DNA of 64,000 bases from the IMG/VR virus record IMGVR_UViG_3300033571_012928, positions 2,586 to 66,585 of that record. One strand, given 5' to 3'. Source of the stretch: a virus. A program made the position numbers and the translations under genes. Positions 59,429 through 64,000 of this stretch are shown here, piece after piece; the first letter of the stretch is position 1; the number at the start of each line of letters is the position of its first letter. The notes under the pieces are model-generated. The model was not told the origin of the DNA. It did not search any database and was given only the letters and a program-made list of their open reading frames with translations.

Positions 59429-60173
59429 CACCCACGGTCGAGATACGTGGAAACAAATTATTGAGAAAGAACATGATGCAGATCGTATCGTATTTATAGG
59501 AGACTACTTTGACTCATTTGACATCCCTGGAGTAGTACAACTTCAGAACTTTCTAGACATTGTCGAGTTCAAAAAGAATTCAGAAAAAGAAGTAGTATTA
59601 TTATTTGGTAATCATGATTATCATTACATGCCTGGATTTACAGGTATAGGATATTCAGGCTATCAATCAGGATTGGCTTATCAATTTAGGGAAGCCATTG
59701 GACAGAACTTAGAGCATTTTCAAATGACTTATTTGTTTGATAATGTATTATGTAGTCATGCCGGTATTAGTCCTGAATGGTTAGAGCGTTCATTTGGTAA
59801 ACCCAATGATGAATCAGAACATAACTGGAATGTTGATACAATAGATGGTATTAAGAATGTTGTTGAATTAATCAATGAGTATTTCAAATACAAACCATCG
59901 ATATTTGAATTTAACGGATGGGATCCTTATGGTGATAATACTTATCAAACACCTATTTGGATTAGACCTAGATCTTTAATGGCATCAAATAAAGACTCCG
60001 GATTGAAAAAGAATATTACTCAAGTAGTAGGTCATACCGGCGTAACAAACATATTCGAATCAGTTAAGGCATCTGAAAAAGCAATGGGCGGAAAGTATTA
60101 CTTGATCGATGCAATTGAATCAAAGGGCTATTTAATTTACGAAGACAATTCATTTAAACCAGAACAATTATGA
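59406..60173 (+). CDS. Ser/Thr-phosphatase-like metallophosphoesterase
   Basis: ILLGDTHGR, GDYFD, GNHD, SHAGI motifs. Confidence 0.7.
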   Translation: MKTILLGDTHGRDTWKQIIEKEHDADRIVFIGDYFDSFDIPGVVQLQNFLDIVEFKKNSEKEVVLLFGNHDYHYMPGFTGIGYSGYQSGLAYQFREAIGQNLEHFQMTYLFDNVLCSHAGISPEWLERSFGKPNDESEHNWNVDTIDGIKNVVELINEYFKYKPSIFEFNGWDPYGDNTYQTPIWIRPRSLMASNKDSGLKKNITQVVGHTGVTNIFESVKASEKAMGGKYYLIDAIESKGYLIYEDNSFKPEQL

Positions 60174-60355
60174 AAAAAATATTCAATTCTAGAACAGTAT
60201 TTATCATGTCATTGATTGTATTACTGTTACATGTAATCAAGTACGTAGCTACGGGATCTGTAGATACTATGAGTTTATCGGTTTGGTCTATTCTAACTAT
60301 AGCATGGGGCGGTATATGGTTCGGTGATGCGTCCGAAAAAGATGAAAAAAGTTAA
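60170..60355 (+). CDS. small membrane protein
   Basis: Two TM helices. Confidence 0.45.
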   Translation: MKKIFNSRTVFIMSLIVLLLHVIKYVATGSVDTMSLSVWSILTIAWGGIWFGDASEKDEKS

Positions 60356-60423
60356 CATTTCGGTTGTTTAATTGAAATAAAGCTATTATCTTTATATCAT
60401 AATAGAAATAAAAAATAAATAAT
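60346..60423 (+). promoter_or_regulatory. class-B conserved intergenic promoter element
   Basis: AAAAAGTTAACATTTCGGTTGTTTAATTGAAATAAAGCTATTATCTTTATATCATAATAGAAATAAAA. Confidence 0.5.
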
Positions 60424-60627
60424 ATGGCAAAAGGTTATCAAGGCGAATCAGGATCAGACAAAGCATTTAATGCAATGGACAAGTTCATGAAAAAATCAAA
60501 AGGTAGTGCTGAAAAAGTACCAGCTACTTTGTTAGAATCACTTCAAGCAATGTATCCAGAAACATGGAAATATGTTTTAGATGATATGTATGCTGAGTAT
60601 AAAGCTGAAAGGTTAAAAAACAAATGA
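60424..60627 (+). CDS. hypothetical small protein
   Basis: ORF. Confidence 0.45.
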   Translation: MAKGYQGESGSDKAFNAMDKFMKKSKGSAEKVPATLLESLQAMYPETWKYVLDDMYAEYKAERLKNK

Positions 60628-60950
60628 AACGAGACTTAGCTTTATTTGCTAGATGGATACTGAAACATTATGAAACGTCGGATATTAGCGGATACTATTG
60701 TTATCGAAATCCAATGGGAGAGATTGTCGATGTCACTGATATAGTTAATCACTATATACGAGAATATGCTCCCGAAGTATCCATGTCGGAAGAATTAGTA
60801 AAACGATTCTCAAACATGAAAGACCTGGATCCAGAATATAATCAAATAATTTCTGAGAACTTTGATTACTTAACTAATGATGCCCCACCTCCTCCGCCTA
60901 GTAGAGTTATAAGAGAAGGTCAATGTCCAATACCTCCAAAAAAGAAATAG
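60624..60950 (+). CDS. hypothetical protein with PPPPPS tract
   Basis: ORF. Confidence 0.45.
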   Translation: MKRDLALFARWILKHYETSDISGYYCYRNPMGEIVDVTDIVNHYIREYAPEVSMSEELVKRFSNMKDLDPEYNQIISENFDYLTNDAPPPPPSRVIREGQCPIPPKKK

Positions 60951-61303
60951 CGATGAATAAGGCAAGAGAATATTCATCGCCAATGATAGAAGAGTTGATC
61001 AATGAAACAACGCCCGAAGAACTAGAAAAACTAAATCAAGATATGGAAAATGAAGCACTAGAAAATCAGTTACGAGATGAGTTAGATAAATGGGAGGCTG
61101 TTCACTATCGAATGCAAGACGAAGGCATTGATTATTGCTTTCAGCATTATTCTAGTTTCAAAGACATTGAAGATAAAGAATTTCATTCAATACGAGAAAG
61201 ACTAATCGACAGTATGAATGAAATGTGGACTTATGTACATAATAAGATCGCAGAAGTCGAAGATAAAATAATTGAATTGGACAACAGTAACATTCTAGAA
61301 TGA
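60923..61303 (+). CDS. hypothetical acidic coiled-coil protein
   Basis: ORF. Confidence 0.45.
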   Translation: MSNTSKKEIAMNKAREYSSPMIEELINETTPEELEKLNQDMENEALENQLRDELDKWEAVHYRMQDEGIDYCFQHYSSFKDIEDKEFHSIRERLIDSMNEMWTYVHNKIAEVEDKIIELDNSNILE

Positions 61304-61521
61304 AAGCAACGTTAGAATTTAACTTACCAGATGATCAAGTAGATTTCAATGACGCCGTTAACGGTCAACGGTGGAGACTCATGGTATGGAACTTTGATCA
61401 GTATCTTCGGTCTGAGCTTAAGTATAATGATAAGTTATCAGAAGAGCAATATAAGGTATATGAACAAGTAAGAGATACTTTATGGCAAAAGATGAATGAA
61501 GACAATTTAAGTTTAGATTAA
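61300..61521 (+). CDS. hypothetical small protein
   Basis: ORF. Confidence 0.45.
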   Translation: MKATLEFNLPDDQVDFNDAVNGQRWRLMVWNFDQYLRSELKYNDKLSEEQYKVYEQVRDTLWQKMNEDNLSLD

Positions 61522-61522
61522 T

Positions 61523-61945
61523 ATGACATACGAGTATAATCAGTGGTATTGGAAATTGTACAGATGGTGGAAATGGGATGCTAAGCATATTCATAGAACT
61601 ACCTGGATAGGCATTAAAAATCTTTACAAGTGGTTTCCTATCATCTGGAAAGACAGAGACTGGGATTACTATTACATTTATCAGGTATTAAAGTTCAAAT
61701 TAGAAAAACAAGCTAACCACTTAAACAAATATGGCTATCATGTAAATGCTAGACGAGATGCTGAACTAATCATGACATGTGTTAGATTGATCAATAAGCT
61801 TCAGAACGAAGAGTACTATGAAAGATACTATGACAGTACGCCTATGAGTACTGAACTAATGTATGAATGTCAAGCACAGCACGATAAGGCAAAGCGCTTG
61901 TTGTTTCATATTTTAAGTGAACGTATCGATAGTTGGTGGGATTAA
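61523..61945 (+). CDS. hypothetical Trp-rich protein
   Basis: ORF. Confidence 0.5.
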   Translation: MTYEYNQWYWKLYRWWKWDAKHIHRTTWIGIKNLYKWFPIIWKDRDWDYYYIYQVLKFKLEKQANHLNKYGYHVNARRDAELIMTCVRLINKLQNEEYYERYYDSTPMSTELMYECQAQHDKAKRLLFHILSERIDSWWD

Positions 61946-61998
61946 AAAAAGTTAACATTTCGGTTGTTTATTTGAAATAAAATCATTACCTTTATAAT
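61944..61998 (+). promoter_or_regulatory. class-B conserved intergenic promoter element
   Basis: AAAAAGTTAACATTTCGGTTGTTTATTTGAAATAAAATCATTACCTTTATAAT. Confidence 0.5.
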
Positions 61999-62223
61999 AT
62001 GATAAATGAGTTATTAGAAAAGTTTGATTTGTTAACGGACATTGCTATTGAATTGTATGGTGATGAATGGGTATCCAATTATTCATTCTGGAACAGTCCT
62101 ACGGAAAGAGAAATGAATGAAACCGTATGTAGCTTAGATAATTTAGGTTATGTATGGCCTGATCCAAGTAACGAGCAATTAGATAAAGCAATTGAAATAG
62201 CACGTAAGTTAGATAATTTCTAA
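61999..62223 (+). CDS. hypothetical small protein
   Basis: ORF. Confidence 0.45.
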   Translation: MINELLEKFDLLTDIAIELYGDEWVSNYSFWNSPTEREMNETVCSLDNLGYVWPDPSNEQLDKAIEIARKLDNF

Positions 62224-62361
62224 AAGACAATAGAGAAGTAGTGAAGCTGTAATTATTATCCAGGTGTTCTAGACTCGAAAAAAGGTTTGTAGTAGAGGGC
62301 GTCACACCTCCCATTAAAGATAATAATCAGAAACCTTGAAAGACCCGAAGCTTCTCTTGAT

Positions 62362-62442
62362 AGTCAGGTATTGCGTAATGTGGAAATGGTTATCACATCC
62401 TAAATGGTTGCAATGTTGTGAGTTCGAATCTCACCCTGATTA
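62362..62442 (+). tRNA. tRNA-like gene 1 (atypical; anticodon unresolved)
   Basis: 7-bp acceptor AGTCAGG/CCTGATT with one G.U, T-arm GTGAG-TTCGAAT-CTCAC, discriminator A; D and anticodon arms do not fold canonically by hand. Confidence 0.4.
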
Positions 62443-62523
62443 CCTAGCCTTGATTTGGGGCAAGCGCTCGTCCACGTTGGCGGGCAAGTCAATACTAAAT
62501 CTACACTGATGGAAAGACATCGG

Positions 62524-62599
62524 AGTCAGGAAAAGTTGGCATCGGAACGAGCAGTTGCAAATGTATCACCGAGTGCAGGTTCGAATCCTGTCCTGACTA
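62524..62599 (+). tRNA. tRNA-like gene 2 (76 nt; anticodon unresolved)
   Basis: Perfect acceptor AGTCAGG/CCTGACT, T-arm GCAGG-TTCGAAT-CCTGT, 3-bp D-stem GTT/AAC; anticodon arm non-canonical. Confidence 0.45.
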
Positions 62600-62614
62600 C
62601 AAAAATAATAAGTT

Positions 62615-62761
62615 ATGAAAAGGAAATTGGGATCAATGGAAAAAAGATTGGAATCTGTGTTTAGTAAAATGCATCCAGTTGAAATTTTTTTTACGGCAGT
62701 AACAATTGCACTTGTAATGGCTTTAATCGTATTGGTCTTAGTTATTACATTACTTTTTTAA
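62615..62761 (+). CDS. small membrane protein (48 aa) between tRNA-like genes
   Basis: MKRKLGSMEKRLESVFSKMHPVEIFFTAVTIALVMALIVLVLVITLLF has a C-terminal TM helix. Confidence 0.3.
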   Translation: MKRKLGSMEKRLESVFSKMHPVEIFFTAVTIALVMALIVLVLVITLLF

Positions 62762-62766
62762 AATAT

Positions 62767-62869
62767 AGTCAGGTGGCGGAATTGGTAGACGCATAGGTTG
62801 AAATAGTATTTGCTTTAAAAAGCTACCTAACTCATCAAGGGTGTACAGGTTCAAGTCCTGTCCTGACTA
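62767..62869 (+). tRNA. tRNA-Leu-like type-II tRNA with oversized anticodon region
   Basis: GTGGCGGAATTGGTAGACGC is 20/20 identical to the E. coli tRNA-Leu D-arm; acceptor AGTCAGG/CCTGACT; T-arm ACAGG-TTCAAGT-CCTGT; but 26 nt lie between the putative anticodon-stem halves TAGGT/ACCTA. Confidence 0.6.
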
Positions 62870-62870
62870 C

Positions 62871-62943
62871 AAAAAAAGTTAACATTTTTCTTGTTTATAT
62901 GAAATATTGATATTATCTTTATATCATAATAGAAAATAAGAAT
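62871..62943 (+). promoter_or_regulatory. class-B conserved intergenic promoter element
   Basis: AAAAAGTTAACATTTTTCTTGTTTATATGAAATATTGATATTATCTTTATATCATAATAGAAAATAAG. Confidence 0.5.
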
Positions 62944-63162
62944 ATGAAAATATTTAATGGAGATGTTTTTGATATTGGACAAACAGTAAATGGGAATTCA
63001 AAATTCTTATACTACAACGATAAGTGGTTTTATTATAACGAAGAATCACCAAGAGAATATGAATACTCACAGGAAGATTTGACAAAATTAATCCATGATG
63101 ATAAAATGAATGGATTTGATGAGGTTAAATTCTTAGGAAACATATTTTCATACATTGAATAA
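62944..63162 (+). CDS. hypothetical small protein
   Basis: ORF after a promoter element. Confidence 0.5.
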   Translation: MKIFNGDVFDIGQTVNGNSKFLYYNDKWFYYNEESPREYEYSQEDLTKLIHDDKMNGFDEVKFLGNIFSYIE

Positions 63163-63172
63163 AAAATAAGTC

Positions 63173-63493
63173 ATGACCGAAGAACAAGCAATCAAAGAAC
63201 TTATTCATTACAATGATTGGATGCATAGTAAAGAACAATTTGCTCCAGAGTCTAGTAATGTACTCAATGCAATTGAAACCATAATTGGTTTATGGAAACA
63301 ACGACAAGAGTCTCACGAGTTTCAAGTGTATGCTTTACAGACAGTAAAAGAAGGTAAAGAAAATAAATACACTCATTGGGCTGATGGATTGACAATGTAC
63401 ATTGCTAAAGATAATGTAACAATGAAGTTAGATGAAAATGAAATTCAAAAAGTAGTTAAGGCATTACCTAAAACAATAGGAGGAACATATTAA
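63173..63493 (+). CDS. hypothetical protein
   Basis: ORF. Confidence 0.5.
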   Translation: MTEEQAIKELIHYNDWMHSKEQFAPESSNVLNAIETIIGLWKQRQESHEFQVYALQTVKEGKENKYTHWADGLTMYIAKDNVTMKLDENEIQKVVKALPKTIGGTY

Positions 63494-63750
63494 TGACAAA
63501 CATGAAACAACAAACACCAGTAGAGTTTGCTTTTGATCGATTAGCAAGTGAAAACCTATTAGGTATCTATACATATGATGAAATGGTTATGTTTGAAAAC
63601 ATATTTAGCCAAGCCAAAGAAATGGAGAAGCAAGAAAAAATAAAATTTGCTACTGATTTCTTTTTTTGGTGGTACAATCAGACAAGTGGTACTAACACTT
63701 ATGAAGCAGTTGAAAAGTTCCATAATGAAATATACGGAGGTAACCAATGA
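63493..63750 (+). CDS. hypothetical protein (SD-preceded)
   Basis: AGGAGGAACATATTAATG Shine-Dalgarno. Confidence 0.5.
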   Translation: MTNMKQQTPVEFAFDRLASENLLGIYTYDEMVMFENIFSQAKEMEKQEKIKFATDFFFWWYNQTSGTNTYEAVEKFHNEIYGGNQ

Positions 63751-63980
63751 CAATAATAGAAATAAAAACACACAAAGACTTACCGCCATACGGAAAGTAT
63801 GTATTGGTAAATGGGATTGATGAAAAAATGTATGGAAAAAGGAGATGGCACGTATGCGAAATGAATGACCTTGAGGACGGAATGGAGTTTAAAGAAAATG
63901 GGAGTTTTCATTGGCTTACTGAAAATGGAACGAGAATCACTCAAGTAACACATTGGGCAGAACTACCAACAAATAATTAA
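63747..63980 (+). CDS. hypothetical protein (SD-preceded)
   Basis: ATACGGAGGTAACCAATG; the same RBS string recurs at 63983-64000. Confidence 0.5.
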   Translation: MTIIEIKTHKDLPPYGKYVLVNGIDEKMYGKRRWHVCEMNDLEDGMEFKENGSFHWLTENGTRITQVTHWAELPTNN

Positions 63981-64000
63981 AATACGGAGGTAACAAATGA

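Noticed and set aside
62283-62340. Inverted repeat AAGGTTT ... AAACCTT upstream of the tRNA-like genes as a possible additional ncRNA
   Set aside because: A single 7-bp inverted repeat enclosing ~45 nt without further conserved structure; insufficient evidence. Could be a leader or processing site of the tRNA-like transcript.
62455-62664. 69-aa ORF spanning the tRNA-like cluster
   Set aside because: It runs straight through tRNA-like gene 2, including its T-arm and acceptor, so the RNA-gene interpretation is preferred. A separate 48-aa ORF at 62615..62761 in another frame is kept at low confidence.
1-64000. CRISPR arrays, rRNA, transposases/IS elements, integrase/attachment sites
   Set aside because: No direct-repeat/spacer arrays, no rRNA-like stretches, no DDE/tyrosine-recombinase motifs were seen. 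The only mobile elements supported are the HNH and GIY-YIG homing endonuclease ORFs.

Overview
This 64 kb window reads as a contiguous piece of a large, low-GC dsDNA phage genome with unidirectional transcription. Every credible gene is on the + strand, densely packed, with short intergenic gaps. The host is most likely Bacteroidetes/Flavobacteriia: almost no Shine-Dalgarno sequences, and conserved 'TTG ... TAnnTTT(A)' promoter elements 8-15 nt upstream of start codons. A T4-like replication module is recognisable: family-B DNA polymerase, candidate sliding clamp, RFC-like clamp loader, dNMP kinase, GroES-like co-chaperonin, plus HNH and GIY-YIG homing endonucleases. Woven into that module is a 7-deazaguanine (queuosine-precursor) DNA-modification gene set: GTP cyclohydrolase I, two PTPS/QueD-family proteins, a QueE-like radical-SAM enzyme and a TGT/DpdA-like transglycosylase. 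Two paralogous GT-B-like glycosyltransferase candidates and an HPRT-like phosphoribosyltransferase lie in the same module. A contiguous ~15.5 kb island (21.1-36.7 kb) encodes a complete-looking sugar activation, modification and transfer toolkit: GT1 x2, GT2 x5-6, SDR, hexapeptide acyltransferase, LmbE deacetylase, two epimerase/reductase-like enzymes, a PseB-like 4,6-dehydratase with the 'SRDEHKQ' motif, and three SAM methyltransferases. This island, together with the DNA-linked glycosyltransferases, is the strongest candidate for an undescribed phage hypermodification or glycosylation system. Further along are an NAD-reconstitution gene pair (PRPP-synthetase-like plus NAMPT-like, NARP1-type) with a Macro domain and an NDT-like protein, then a split RNA-repair set (metallophosphoesterase, P-loop kinase, Rnl2-type ligase with 'KIHGTN', CCA-nucleotidyltransferase-like). 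Also present are a bona fide methylglyoxal-synthase homologue, an SPFH protein, an Hsp20, three tandem tRNA-like genes with identical acceptor stems, and a ~65-nt intergenic promoter element repeated at least 10 times.
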